Source: Chrysomallon squamiferum (taxonomy: Eukaryota; Animalia; Mollusca). From it: a stretch of DNA of 64,000 bases. Each line of letters begins with the position of its first letter. Positions within the stretch are counted from its first letter, which is position 1. The position numbers and the translations under genes are program-made. Positions 12,480 through 27,254 of the stretch are shown in pieces. The stretch lies in assembly GCA_012295275.1 (NCBI GenBank), contig CM022677.1, positions 8,308,001 through 8,372,000 on the forward strand, given 5' to 3'. The notes beneath the pieces were generated by a model that had not been told where the DNA came from, ran no database searches, and was given only the letters and a program-made list of their open reading frames with translations.

Positions 12480-15265
12480 TTTCTTCCATAATAATAAAAT
12501 CATTATCATCAGCTGTTGAAGTCACCAGTAAGACAGATCATGTTATAGTTATTCACAAAGACAAATTTACATTTTCAAGCTGGTCAAAAGCATCAGATGC
12601 TGAATAATATGAATTCTCTGGTGGAATATATACAATACAATTAAAATGTTATCATCTGTGTGTAAAACTCTGCCTTCTGTGCCTAGCCACATAATACATT
12701 TACACTGTGATTCGACAGTACTTATTTGTTTTAGTAGATCATTTTTTATATATACAACTATACACTAAGATTTACTATGAGATAAAGAAATTCTGTTTTT
12801 ATCATATACTTTATAATAAAGAATATTAATGGTATAATTAGTGATGGTTTCAAGAAATATAGTATCTGTGAGCTTACTTATCAAACCTCACAGATTAATC
12901 TCTATTACTTTTAAAACTTAAGGGCTTACTTCTTTATGATTTTTGTGTGGGGTATTTTTACAACTGAGAGAGTTTTCTGACATTTGCCCAACACTGTTTT
13001 CACTTGGTAAGACTTGTCCTCCTCCATTGTTGTATTGCACTGAGTGAACTGACTTGTCTCAGTCAGAGTTTGGTTTGTGTTGTGTGATCTCTGTTATCTT
13101 GTTTCTGTTGGCTGAGTTGTTATGTTTGTGTTGTGTGATCTCTGTTGTCTTGTTTCTGTTGGCTGAGTTGTTATGTTTGTGTTGTGTGAGCTCTGTTGTC
13201 TTGTTTCTGTTGGCTGAGTTGTTATGTTTGTGTTGTGTGATCTCTGTTGTCTTGTTTCTGTTGACTGAGTTGTTATGTTTGTGTTGTGTGAGCTCTGTTG
13301 TCTTGTTTCAGTTGTGTGATCTCTGTTGTCTTGTTTCTGTTGGCTGAGTTGTTATGTTTGTGTTGTGTGAGCTCTGTTGTCTTGTTTCTGTTGGCTGAGT
13401 TGTTATGTTTGTGTTGTGTGATCTCTGTTGTCTTGTTTCTGTTGACTGAGTTGTTATGTTTGTGTTGTGTGAGCTCTGTTGTCTTGTTTCAGTTGTGTGA
13501 TCTCTGTTGTCTTGTTTCTGTTGGCTGAGTTGTTATGTTTGTGTTGTGTGATCTCTGTTGTCTTGTTTCTGTTGGCTGAGTTGTTATGTTTGTGTTGTGT
13601 GATCTCTGTTGTCTTGTTTCTGTTGGCTGAGTTGTTATGTTTGTGTTGTGTGATCTCTGTTGTCTTGTTTCTGTTGGCTGAGTTGTTATGTTTGTGTTGT
13701 GTGATCTCTGTTGTCTTGTTTCTGTTGACTGAGTTGTTATGTTTGTGTTGTGTGAGCTATGTTGTCTTGTTTCAGTTGTGTGATCTCTGTTGTCTTGTTT
13801 CTGTTGGCTGAGTTGTTATGTTTGTGTTGTGTGATCTCTGTTGTCTTGTTTCTGTTGGCTGAGTTGTTATGTTTGTGTTGTGTGATCTCTGTTGTCTTGT
13901 TTCTGTTGACTGAGTTGTTATGTTTGTGTTGTGTGAGCTCTGTTGTCTTGTTTCAGTTGTGTGATCTCTGTTGTCTTGTTTCTGTTGGCTGAGTTGTTAT
14001 GTTTGTGTTGTGTGATCTCTGTTGTCTTGTTTCTGTTGGCTGAGTGGTTATGTTTGTGTTGTGTGATCTCTGTTGTCTTGTTTCTGTTGACTGAGTTGTT
14101 ATGTTTGTGTTGTGTGATCTCTGTTGTCTTGTTTCTGTTGGCTGAGTTGTTATGTTTGTGTTACTGGCTTCTGTCCCATCCTCTCCCAGTGTAAACAGCC
14201 TGACCTTGATATACAGTGTATCACCAATCTTTTCCCTTGCCTTTTTGCTGTAATGTGGATATAGTAATTTTCTCCTGTCATTAATTTCTTTCAGGAATTG
14301 TTCATTAACCCCGTATTGCTTGTTTATCAATGTTTTGGGTGCAGCTCATCTAACTATTTCTCTGGCTTTATATAAAATGAATTTAGCAACAATAGGCTTT
14401 ATAGATCCATCGAACTGCTTCCGCAGTTGATTCACTCTGTCAAAGTCAGTATTATTTTCTACTTTCATTTCATTTTTTTATAAAACTTTTCAACTCCTCA
14501 TCTGTGTCTTCCTCGTATTTCTCTGGTTTCCCACTAAAGATTAAATTGTCACGTATGAAGCGAGTTTGTGTTTTTCTCTTAAGTTTCCAAACTCGGTTTT
14601 TAATTCACATATTTTTTGTTTCATACTGTTATTATTATCTCTCATTTCATGAGTAGAACTGTTCATATCTGACACAACAGATTTCAAATCTCTGAGGTCC
14701 TTTTATTCCTTTCAAACTGTTAGTGAATGTAATTCATACCCTTTTCCATATCTTGTACTTTTTTCTTAATATCAGTCATTTCACCACTGATATCTTGTAC
14801 AGTTATTTCCATACTGTTCAAATGTTTTTTGACCATGTCCAGTTTTTCCAGTTTATCTAACTTTCTAGTCAAAGTATCTAATTTTATACTGACATCTTGA
14901 CTGATCACAACTGGTGAAATTAAACCAGAATACTGACCATGGGATCATTAGGTTTGTCCGTAGTGTCCATTCTGTGACTGCTGACACTGTTGAATTGGTG
15001 TTGACTGATAAAATGGTGCAGATGAACATCTCGTTATTCTGTGTATTTGACATCCTTGTAATAGTGACTTCTTGACCAGCTTGGCTACTGCTTACCCTTA
15101 TTTTCTGTTCACTTTCTCCACTTACAGTTTTACTCTTATTTTTTCTCTTTTTACCTTTTATATTTGATGTTGAATACTCGTGTATAATTTACATTGATAA
15201 AAACAGATAAAATACCTTTAATACTAATACACATTATATATTTTCTCAGAGAGATGAGGGACATG
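12480..15265 (-). mobile_element. 5' half of a LINE (ORF1 coiled-coil/RRM plus start of ORF2 AP-endonuclease), degenerate
   Basis: ORF1 remnants: coiled coil KLDKLEKLDMVKKHLNSMEITVQD, RDNLIFSGKPE, KPIVAKF, YGVNEQFLKEINDRRKLLYP (L1/CR1-type ORF1). Endonuclease-like remnants lie at 12480-12990 (VVYIKNDL..IMWL). No RT domain present. Confidence 0.75.
13070..14162. repeat. 51-bp minisatellite with 28-bp truncated variant forming a 181-bp higher-order unit
   Basis: Unit TGTGTTGTGTGATCTCTGTTGTCTTGTTTCTGTTGGCTGAGTTGTTATGTT. The short variant recurs at 181-bp spacing (e.g. 13298/13479). Confidence 0.97.
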
Positions 15266-15299
15266 ACTTTCATTTCCATGCTTGTGTTAGTGGGAAGTA

Positions 15300-17000
15300 A
15301 CAGTTACTCATGTTGATTAAACGACCACACAAAAAAGATCAAACAGAGCCTGAAGAGACCAAGTAAGTTAACACTGTCTTTTCTTTTTCCTTTCACATGT
15401 GTCACCTCTTTAACTGACAAAGATGATAATGATATTTGTATAAAAATTAAGGTAAAAAATAAGTACTATTTTTGTCATTATTTTAGCATTTTTTATTTTT
15501 TGATGAAAAAGACTGTTAATTCAGATTTTTGTTGTAAAAAAATAATGTAAATTATTTGTTTCTGAATTAAAAACTCTTAAGAATTTATTCATATCTTTGT
15601 TTTTACTGATGCTACTTAATTATTGTGTTGGGTTTAAAATGCATTTTGATATTAGTGTTTCTACACTAAAGAAGTCAAATTATAAGGTGAAAGTTCTATT
15701 ATTTGTTGCTTTTAGGTTGTAGTAGCTTGTGTGTGTGTGGTGTTGTTGTTGTTTTTTAATTAAAAATATAATCTATATAACTACTGTTTTATTTATTTTT
15801 ATTAATTAAGAATGAGTTTAATTATTTTTTTGTCCAGGATCTAAAATATCCATGTCTGTGTGTAGATTGAATGCTCCTATAAAGGTTTGTTTTATTCATT
15901 CACTTTTATGTTTTATAGCTCATTTGATTAAGGATGGATTTAATTAAAAGAAGCAAAATTTATTTTTATGCACAGAATAGTATTGAAAAATGTATATAAA
16001 TGTCTCATAAATGATGCTTACTTTAGATAGTATAGAATCAATGTAATAATGGTTTATAAACCTTGTAATAATTTGCATGACAGCCTAATAGAGTAGTGAA
16101 CAGAACATGTGTAATTTGCTGTTAGTAATATCTCACTCTAATCTGAAAAAGGGGCAACAATTTACTTATATTAAAGTGGCAGGAAAGTATGTTACAATTA
16201 AATATTTTAATAATCAAATAATTTATTGTAAATGATGTAACGATTGTTAAAGGTTAATTAAAGATCATAAGAATAATCTCAAATGTATTTCCATCATGCT
16301 AGTCTGTTAGTATTTCAAGTAGAATCAGAATTAGAAGACCATTTTCTTACTGCCTAATGTAATACTATATAGGTTTAAAATGTTTATTTACTTAATATTC
16401 CTGGCAGTCATCATAAACTGGACTAAAAGACTAAAACAGTGTAAATTTCAAATTTTAGGAAGTTAATAGAATTATTCAAATATATTAAAACATATTTTTG
16501 TAATCTCTCTTATTGATGTATTGCTCTTTTAATGCTTTTTTGTCAAAGTCAAAAAATAAAATTAAACTAAGAATATAAATTATTTTTATTATTAAAATTG
16601 TATGGAAAAATAAAAATGTGTACTAAATTCTTGTTTCTAAGACAGTGAAATACTGACAACAAAAATGCTGCTTGCACTTTATTTTATGTTTAGTTTATTA
16701 ATGAATATTATATTTTGTTGTAGGATCCTAGACAACAGATTCAAGCTGCCTCAGCCAGCACTTCAGTTGAAAATGTTGTAAGACACATTTTCAGAAAAGG
16801 TTAACTAAAGCACCAGAATGCTATTACATCACAGTCTTCCCTGTCCAGAGAAAGCTCAACACTTTCAAGAGAAAATCTGTCTGAAATCTAATTTGAATTT
16901 TGAAAACTCAGTGATCTCCAAGAGACTGCATTGTCAATGTGATCAGAACATCCAGTGTACACATTGTACTTCATAGCAGCTTGCACTGCTTTTATCTTTG
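15300..17000 (+). other. Putative exon remnants (donor ~15363; exon 15838-15884; acceptor ~16723)
   Basis: Splice-consensus-flanked, less AT-rich blocks; no domain recognised. Confidence 0.25.
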
Positions 17001-18461
17001 ATGTGTGCTTGGTTATTCTAACTTTTTTTGCTGAAAGAGGAATGGAGATTCATCATTGCTATGGAATGCCATCTTTGTAAATAAGTTCAAATGAATTTGG
17101 TAATGCATAGAAGTATTAATTTTTATAATCATCTAATTTTTATATTATTTAAATCATTATTAAAAAAACATCCAAAAAACAACACAAAACATTTCTTCTA
17201 TTTTTTTTTTAACTATTGTTTAAATCAGGGGAAAATCAAGGATTTGCTGGGGGTAATCAATGTAAATATGATTGAAAATTTTGTAATTAGTGGTAATTAA
17301 AAATTTGTATCAACAAAAAAAAAGAAAAGAAAAACAAAATAATTTTTCTTTTTTATATTATTTAAATCTGGGAAAAACAGTGGTTTGCTGGGGTGATCAT
17401 TGTGTACATATTTCTAAAAAATAAAATAATAATAATATAAATAACTAAATTAAAATTTTAATAGCATTAATCATGACTTTGTTATTTTTAATTAGAAGAA
17501 ATTTATTTATAAACTGTCTAGATAATAAAACATAAGTAGTCAGTTATTTCTGTTTAGACATTGCTGCCAGCTTTTATAATTTGCTTTTCTAATTTAGAAA
17601 GAATAATAAAATTATTTCAGTAACTAATCTTTAAAAATAAGAAATAATAATTTAAAAACGATAAAAAATGAAATGAAATAATAAGAGAAAAAAATTTACA
17701 TAAATGAAATTTTCCCAAATATTTTATAATTTGCCTTTTACATTTTGGAACAATTCAAAAAATTAGTTTAAAAATGTACAAATTGAAATGTCTTCTAATT
17801 TTTTATAATCTGTATTTTCTGTTTAATTCAATTAAAAAGCTGGGGGAAAAAAATGAAAATAATAAATAAATAAATAAATAAATAAATAAAATATATATAT
17901 ATGAAACTGGTTCATTTATTCAAAAATGCAAATCTAAACCATTTCATGTTTTGTTATAGTGTAATACTAAATATTTCTCGAGCTTTCATTCAGATTTGTA
18001 TAGTTTATTCTAAGAGAGATATTGTAAGATTATGCAAATTCAGTACTTTAAATATTTTTAGCAATGTTTGGTGTTTTTGATCAACAATAAAATATAGCCA
18101 GGTTATGTTACATAAATGGTTGGCAGTACAAATATTTCTTAATAAAAATCATAATTATTTGTTCTTAACTGTTTTAAATCCTGACATTTACAAATTCAAA
18201 TACATTGCATCTTATTTAAAAATAATAATGAAAATGGAAAATATTTCTGAAATTGTTTCACTTTCTTAATATTAAAAATGTTAAGGCACATTCAAATAAT
18301 TTTTAAAAAATATAAGAAAAAATTAAGCATAGTCTTTGTATGTTTTTATTTTTATTATGTATATATTGATCAACGTCTTCTGTATTTGTTGTCAACTAGC
18401 AAAAGATAATCTGACATAATCATTATTTCTGTATATATACACTTCTTATTTTTTATTTGAT

Positions 18462-18463
<2 letters not shown>

Positions 18464-18540
<77 letters not shown>
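18464..18540. repeat. (CT)n microsatellite
   Basis: Perfect dinucleotide run. Confidence 0.99.
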
Positions 18541-18543
<3 letters not shown>

Positions 18544-19075
18544 CTTTTTGTATATTTACAAAGACGTTAAATATATTTACCTTTAGTAAAAATAATGAAT
18601 TATTATTATTATTATTATAGACATACATAATTTCATTTTCATTTTCTTTAAAATAAAAATTATTGCAAAAAAGACATGGTTTTAATTGGTGCTAAAATAT
18701 TTTTTTTAATCTGATTAATTTCAGCTATTTTCAAATATCTTTTAATGTTAATTTAAAATCAGAACAATAATATAATAATAAATCATTAAAATAATCCAAT
18801 TATTAATTCTGGTTTTCTATCTCTATTTTATATCATTTTTCTGTTCATTTTTTGTAAAAAGGCAACAACAAACAAAACACTTGGAACTTGTATTTATTTA
18901 TACATAAACAAGGACACTGTCTTTCACATGCAGCAGTTATTTGACAACAAACACATTAACTCTTTCTCACAGAACATGTACCAACTCATCCTTTCACATT
19001 CACATCAGTCTCTATGTCTGCATCTATTTCTCCTACCATGCCCTCTGAAAACACATACAAAATATAAATTTCCAT

Positions 19076-19078
<3 letters not shown>

Positions 19079-19148
<70 letters not shown>
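19079..19148. repeat. (CA)n microsatellite
   Basis: Perfect dinucleotide run. Confidence 0.99.
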
Positions 19149-19149
<1 letters not shown>

Positions 19150-20199
19150 CTGTTCATCTGTTTCTCTACCAATCCATACATTCTATACAGCTTTAACACT
19201 TTCTTTATGTACATCTCCCTAACGGTTTATATACTTTCTGTGTATCTCCTATAAAACTTGTTTCAATGTTGTATGTTCATTTTAAAATTAATTATTTTAA
19301 ATTACTTTTGCAATGTTGATTGTAAATTGTTTTCTATTATGTATGAAAATAAAAACAAAAATAAATTTTAAAGGATGATAGATAAAAAATTATATGACAA
19401 CTGAAATAAACATTTTAAATTCCTTTCTGACTTTTTCTTTTTCCCTTGTTTCAGTACTACTGAGGGTTCTGTAATTTTCATAAATATCTATTTTGTATAT
19501 TATTGTCAATAAAAATATTTTCTTATTTAAAATTATCATTCGATATTATTTGTAGCAGACGCAAAGTGTCACGTGAGGTCTCGATTACGTCATCAGTTTT
19601 ACAGTCTACCTAGAAAACAAGTTTCCGAGGCTAAGATAATGTTAAATAAAAAATACAGGAAAAGGTGAACATTTTGAAATGAATATAAAATATATTATTA
19701 TTTACCCTAATTCTACACTTTGTTTTATAAACTGCGCTGCTGGATAAGCTTAATGCTTCTATTTTAAATTGTTTTATATATATATGTATATGTAAATGTT
19801 CTAATACTGGCAAAGTTTATACGAATAAAAATGAGACGTGATTATAAAATAACGTGTTATTTTCTTTATTTGTACGGCGTTATGCAAGTTTAATCAATGA
19901 GATATTGACAGTATATTTATAAAATTTATTTAATTTGGGTGAGCGTAGATTTCTCAAGATAATTTGAGACTACTGGACGGAATTTACATTTTTATTTACT
20001 ACCAGCTTTGCAGCTTATACGAATAAATTGAGACTGAGGCGGAAATTACGTTCACATCTTAGTAAAAGTACCGCTGTTTACATCGATATTTTATTAAGAT
20101 TTTCCTCTGTTTTGCATCATAACAAATGTTGATAATATATATAAAATTGTCAGTAAAATCTTGGATACAGCTAAAGGAATATTATCGGCTTTTTCAAGA

Positions 20200-21060
20200 A
20201 TAATTTTAATAACAAAATGTCGCCGTTCAGTTTCAAATAACCTGTTAAAACTGAACATGTTAACAAGTTATATTTTATTTGAATCACATAATTTAATCGT
20301 CAAAAAAAAATGACATTAAACTAAAATGTTTCTGTTTTGTAAAACATCAGTAATTCTGTTTTTATATAAAACCATCGACGTTTAATCATAAATTGTTACT
20401 TTATAAAATAATGTGATGTTTTGTTATGTTTGAAATATTTTGCATCATTAAAAAACACGTAAAAGCTTTATTTTGAATCTCAGGAGAAATTAATCGTACT
20501 TTGTAAACATCATACGAAATTAAAACTAAAATGTTTCTAGTTTTTTAAACCTGAGGTTTTTTATATATAAAAAGAAATATATCGTTTGTTTAAATCGTTT
20601 AAAAAATATCTTTGTTTCATTATGTTTTAATCTATTTTGCATCATAAAATTAATAAAATCTCACCAGTTACATTTTTATTTTACTAGTCTGAAATCTGAT
20701 TTATTTATTTATTTTTTGTAAACACATCAAGAAAACATGCTTGTCCTCCTGAACTAATTTTTATGATATATAAAATAATTTAAGAAAAACTAGAAGAAAT
20801 ATATCGTTTGTTTCATCCGAAACAAGGGAAAAAAAATAAAATGAATTTCAGGCAACATCTTTTTTATACTATCAAGGTACATACGTTAATGTTTCATAAT
20901 AAGATTATTAAAAAAATCTCAGAAACTTTTAAAATATAAGTGGTAGATGATTTATTTATTTATTTTTGTAAACACAACAAAACTACAATAATACTAATTA
21001 AAATGATGAATAAAATAAATGATTAAGAAAGACTACTGAAACAAGGAAAAAGAAAAAAGT
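20200..21060. repeat. Old degenerate local tandem duplications (~200-240 bp)
   Basis: TTTGCATCAT.A, TTAAACTAAAATGTTTCT, AGAAATATATCGTTTGTTT and GATTTATTT..TTTTTGTAAACACA recur. Confidence 0.6.
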
Positions 21061-22201
21061 ATGTGGATAAAATAAAATGATTATTTCAAATATATTTTTT
21101 ATACTAGATATCATGCTATTTTGTATTGAACCTCAGTTTATTCATATAAAACTGAAATCTTATTTGTTTATAGAACGTAAACTCTGTCCAGCGTCACAAA
21201 TTATATCTAGAAAACTTCAATGTACGTCAAAATTTCGTGTTTCAGTAAATACTCAATACCAATTTTATCATGGCTCGACACTGATTTTGAAAAAAAAAAA
21301 CTGGCCAACAGATTATTTTTTTAATGAAACACGTGTTATCCAGACAGTCAGCTGCACGTCTGCACAGCCCGACTTGTCTTCACAAGTTTCACCCAAACGT
21401 TTCTTCACAAAACACTCGCCGTTGTACAGGACAAACAGAATTCTTAAAATATACTTAGTAAATATAAATACCAAAACACTAATTAAAAGCACAATCTGTG
21501 GTGTAACTAATGAAAATCACAATCCATCTCACTGTATTTTGTAAAATATACCCAACGCTTTGCCAGGAATTTAAAAATATTTCTTCTATTACCACTTCTG
21601 TCAGGAAGAGAAAAAAAACAACACGAAAACACCCCACGAAAAAACAGTATTCGATCCTAAACATTACAGGTGTGATTTTACTGTGAAAACTCTGTGTACT
21701 TTCAGAAATATAGATTGGGGTTTCGGGTTAGCGTGTTTTTATAAACAACAGTAGAAATATATATGAAAATCCAAAATGTCGAGAACGCTTCCATACTAAT
21801 GTGACATTTTATTAACACAACATGTTTCACTGTAAAGCTAAGTAGGTGTAATTTTATACGGCGTTATGAAAATAAGAACCGCCATCACTATTTATGTTAC
21901 ATGTTTTATGTTTGTTAACAGAGGCGTAGCGGAAATAGTATGTATTAAAAACATGAATCTGGAAATCTAACTCGCTCTGTTTCTCAGTTTCTAAATTATT
22001 GCAGTAGAATATAAACCAAGCATTAACTCGTCAGCTACTGTTCAAAAAAAAGTACATAACTCTCTATTTCCCTGCAGCATTTTTTTTTTTTCATTTCACA
22101 GTTTCAAAGATTTAGTTTTAACTGTAGAAAAATGTGAATTTTATATTTTCATACCTACATAATAACTTATAATAAATGTAAGCCATAATTATTTATTTAT
22201 T

Positions 22202-22240
<39 letters not shown>

Positions 22241-23970
22241 AACAGTAGAATTATATGTGAATATCGAGAACGCTTCCATACTAATGTGATATTTTATTAA
22301 CAGAACTTTGTGTTTCACAGAACAGCTATTTTTACACGGCGTTATGAAAATAACTTCAGTACCGCCATCACTATTTATGTTACATGTTTTATGTTGTAAA
22401 CAGAGGCGTAGTGGTAATATTATGTATTGAAAACACAGTGTATTGAAAAATAGAGGTATTGTTTTTTAATTAACAATATTAGGTAATTTTATTTTGCATA
22501 ATAAATAAATAAATAAGTAATAATAAGCTTAATTTTTCATTAACAGGTATAACGTATCTATCAAGTTGAATAATGAATCAACGTTTAATGATGCGAATTA
22601 TTCTCTTCTTTTTTTTTTTTAATTTTTTTAATTTTTATTATTATTTTTATTTTTTATTATTTTTTTATTAAGATAGTAGAATTGCAGTTGAGAGGTGAGA
22701 GGCTAGATTAAGATGAATTAACTTCACCACGTTATTGATATTTGCAAGTGCATCTTTCTTAAATGCTAGAAAAGTCTAGAATACAGAGAAACATTAATAG
22801 ACGTTTTTATTATCAAAAGTAAAGTGAAAAGGCGAGGATGCGCGAGATGAATCTTGTTTATTATAACACAAGTTCTGTAAATATACTGCGCTATTACAGA
22901 TTAATTCTTAATTAACTGTAGAAAGTGATATTCTATTATCTCCCCTAAAAATTAGATTGATAATTAGAAAATTAATATTCAACTAGATATAATCTAGAGA
23001 GCTATATATAAATGTTAAATATTTCGGTTCTTCCGTTGAATTTAAATGTATTAGTATAAACAGGTCTGGTTGAAGCACATAAACTATACATATTGTCGTT
23101 CAGTTCCATTATATGTGGTAAACAGCGTTCATCATAATAAGAAGAACACCTTTTTGTTCATTACTGCAATACAAAGGACAATTCAGTTGCCGTTTACAGG
23201 GACAAATAAATATATAAATAAATGTATTAATATTATTATTAATATCTAAGATCCTTCAGTATTTTAGATATACACAGAACCTCTCCCAGTGAGATAAAAT
23301 ATGATCGCTGCTTTATTATCAGTGTTTTCTGCAGTATTTATCATTTCTTTTACTGAAATTTTAATTACAGCGACATCTGCACTTAACACTGTAATCTGAG
23401 AGCCAGACAGGTAGGTGGAGAATGAGACAGACATACATATATAGAGATAAATCCATAGACAGACATACAGACACACAGACAGATAGAAAAACCCAAAACT
23501 GAACTGAATAATTAAAATGACCAATAAAAGAAAAGTTGTGAAAAGCGAGGTTAATGTGATATTATACAAGTTCATTTGCCTATGAAATGTAAAATGTCTA
23601 TCTATCTCTATGTCCATCAATGTCTATTATTTAACTATATACATAAACACCCTCTCACTGATATGAACTTACGTATATAAATATCCTCTAAGGGAAACAC
23701 GTAAACCAAACTGGCTTTTCTATGTGTGTTTGACTCTGTATGTGTGTGTGTGTCTATCTCTTTATCTGTTTATTTGTTGATAATTGTTTCTTTCTTTATA
23801 ATGACGACTGTAATACTGACATAACGACATTAACGATGAAAACAACAACAATAATGGCAATAATACTACTTAAAATGAGTAGTTTGGTCCTCAAATATGA
23901 TTATTGCTATATAATCATTGTTTACTAATAATAATTAGTCATAATCATAATAAAAATCAAATTCAAAACT

Positions 23971-24405
23971 TCAATAAACTCTTTGACAAATATCACATTT
24001 AAATTGAACTGCCGTTTTGACTTTGGTATCTTCTATTTGTTTTTGTAATTTTGCCTCTAAAACATTTGCTTTCTTAGCCTTTTCTTCCTCCTTCTTCTTC
24101 TTCTCTGCCAACTCTTCTTCATACCTCTTGACACTTTCTTCTTCTGTCAATGCCTCGGCATACCTCTTCCTTTTGATTTTATTGCCCCAAGTGGTAGAGT
24201 AAAATAAGAAGCATATTTCTTGCCTAATTATCACATATTAATCAAGTTTCTTCTGCTGAACTTAAAAACCGATATATGTTTACCTATTAAATTCATCACT
24301 AACCTTAAGTCTATAGGACTAAAAATTAACACTCACTTTTGAAACCTCAAAATGCAGTATAGCTCGGAGGCCAGAATTGCCCTGAGACCAGAATTACCCC
24401 AAGTA
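23971..24405 (-). mobile_element. Deleted pogo/Tc1-mariner-like DNA transposon fragment
   Basis: Peptide KRKRYAEALTEEESVKRYEEELAEKKKKEEEK..CDICQ resembles the C-terminal tail of pogo-family transposases. A TIR-like end TACTTGGGGTAATTCTGGTCTCAGGGCAATTCTGGCC is present. The segment is absent from the paralogous copy near 32050. Confidence 0.55.
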
Positions 24406-25379
24406 CTAGTTTTAAATAAAATCATTTTAGTTAGTTTAGTAAATTCAGTGAACAACCTATATTCAGGCGATTTGACTTATTTAAAAAAAAATTAAATTAA
24501 AGTTTACTCAACACTCAGTCTTGTTTATATTTACCAACGTGCGTGTTAAATAGAGTTGCTTCTCTTAGACCACGAACTTGCGAGGTGACGATAAATTGGA
24601 TTTGCTGCTTTTAGATGAAAATAACCAATTCTGTATAATGTTTTGTAGCAGACAGAACCAGCTTATTAACATTCCCTGCGTTTTCTTTTTCTTTTAACTA
24701 ACCAGTTTCCTGTATTTTTGGTTTATTTAACGTGATATTATTATTTGAAGAATTATTGTAAAATTGCTGTTTCATTTAATGCTTTTCATTCAATTTTATT
24801 TATTTATTTTATTTATTTATTTCATTTATTTTATTTAAAAAGTTGTTAGGAAAGGCGCAAGAGATCACGGTTTTGTAATATGAACAACCATCTTTATCAG
24901 TGTAAATCATAAAGAGTTCAGAAAGTAGTCATAAAATAATTGTATTTGGAAGTTTAAAAACGTCCGTGACCTAACAGAAACTTCCGATCGAAATCCAAGA
25001 TGGCAGCAACGAACGCCGATCAGTATTTAGACACTTTCAAACATGTAGACTTTTATAATTCTACATGGATCATTAAAAGAAATTTGGAGAAGTATGTCAT
25101 ATAACCAATACATAGATGGCTAATACTCTGTAGTAAGTGCTGAAAACGTGGTAATATTTCTTTTATTATTCTTTTTTTTTTCTGACGTTGACGTAATATA
25201 CCATTTCGTACTCTTTTTTTTTTTTTCACTTTTTATTACGAAATCGTCAGCCAAAAACAAATAAAATAATATTAAAAAAATTAAAAGAATAAGTAAATAA
25301 ATACAAATAAAATAAAATAATTGAAATAAAATAAATTAAAATGAAATAAATAATTTTCACTAACGCTGGTTAGTGATAA

Positions 25380-26580
25380 CAGACAGGTAAATTGATAGAC
25401 AGAAGAAAGGTAGATAGATTACTAGAAAGATAGATAGATGCAAGGAGGCATGAGTATATATCTGCACATCTGTAAGAACGACGGACTCTGTTGCTTATGT
25501 ATATGGGATAAATAGATAAATAAATATATTTATAGATAGATGACTAGATAGAAAGAGTGTATTTAAATACTTAAAAAGGATGTAAATAGAGAGAGTATAT
25601 ACGTACGTGTATGTGTGCGTGTGTTTTTGTGTGAGTGCAAGATAGACTGTGGCTATGCATAACTGAGAAGGTGAGATAGATTGATATATAGTTAGACATC
25701 GCTTCAGACAGAGATTGATATGTTAGGTAGACAATGATTAGGTACATATATAGATAGATATATATATACAGCTAAGATAGATAAACGGTATGTGTTTATA
25801 TGTGTGTTAGAGAGAATGGGTATATAAATGTGTGTCAAAGATAGTGTGCTTTTTTGTAGATTTTTGAGAGGTCAGATGATTGATAGAGAGATTAAATATA
25901 AATAAATACACGAGTGAATAGATTTATGTGTACATATATATGTGTGTTACAGAGGGTAGATATAGATGGATGGATGGACACACACACACAAACACATACA
26001 CGATATAAATTATATATGCAAACAACATAAATAGATACATAGGTAGATACATAGATACATAGATACATAGATACATAACTGAATTTATGAATAAGAGTAT
26101 GTTAGATTACAGTTAGATAGCTAGACTGAGATAGACTGATATGTAGGTGTGGTTATATGTGTTTGTGTGTTACAGAGAGAAAGAACAGGTATTGACATCA
26201 CTATGAAACAGAGAAGTATGTCCTGTGTGTGTGATTTTTCAGAGAATGAGAGATAATTATAAAAAATAAATATAGATATAGACAGACAAACAGACAGAGG
26301 ATAGTGATGAATAAATGGTTAGCTAGACAGGTAATGGGCACATGTATATGAGTTAAAAAATCATATGATTTCTTCATTAAAGTCTGTTTCTATGTTAGAA
26401 AGAGGTGAGCAGGTGCGAGATTAAGCTACACCACAGGTTGACCAATAAAGAGACAGATAGATAGACAAATAGAAATGGATCACGAAATGAAACAAATATA
26501 TAGATAGACCAATAGATAGATAGAAAAATGCAGGTAAGTATGAATGGATGGAGTGTTAGATGGAGGGATGGATGAACGTT
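25380..26580. repeat. Degenerate (GATA)/(GT) simple-repeat region
   Basis: Mixed TAGA, ATAC, GT and GGAT runs. Confidence 0.85.
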
Positions 26581-27254
26581 TTGGTGCAAAGAAGAATTGG
26601 GAAAATAACAAAAGGATAAAATGCGGGAATAATGGACTGAAAGGTTTTCAATTATATAAGCAATTCCTTTTCAGACATTATCACATTCTTAACAGATAAG
26701 ATCCTCACTGTAGGTCCGTGGATTGAGTGATATACTGATGGAGGTTGGCTTAATCTATAAACTGTGTGATGATCAATATGTGGAGTTAGGAGGGAGGCAC
26801 GACTGGAAGTACCAATAAATTGTTAATGAGAGATTAGTGATTTCTGGCATTGTTTATGAAGAGAACATTAATCTGGAAATCTAGTCTGTGTTTATCTACA
26901 CTGAAAGCATAGTCTTCATCTATTGATTAGAAGGTAAATATGATAAGATAAAAGTGTTTATAATATTTTCTGTTAAATAGCACATTAAACACAGAACCTA
27001 TAATACTTAATTATACTTAAACATCTGATAAAATAAAATAATCCATCTAATTAGAGTAATCTGGAGAGTAACAGACAGAGTAAGAAAGTCAGAGGGAAAT
27101 ATTTATATGTCATGACTTATTCTTAAATACATACACTTCTGTCTATACTCTGTTGGCCTGTCTGTACATCTGTATATAGAAAGGGCTTTCAAAGTAATGA
27201 CACTGTATTCACAATTAGAAAAAAGAAGCAATACACTATATATAGCTTGCAAAG

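Larger units (their letters stand above)
21740..27240 (+). repeat. Local segmental duplication, copy A (paralogous to 30945-34020)
   Basis: Collinear shared blocks: 22360/30958, 22670/31240, 23250/31432, 23520/31695, 24510/32305, 24985/33113, 26980-27240/33762-34020. In addition, 21740-21960 duplicates 22240-22440. Confidence 0.85.

Noticed and set aside
13054-14194. Hydrophobic Cys/Leu-rich membrane-protein ORFs
   Set aside because: They are translations of the 51-bp minisatellite antisense to the LINE.
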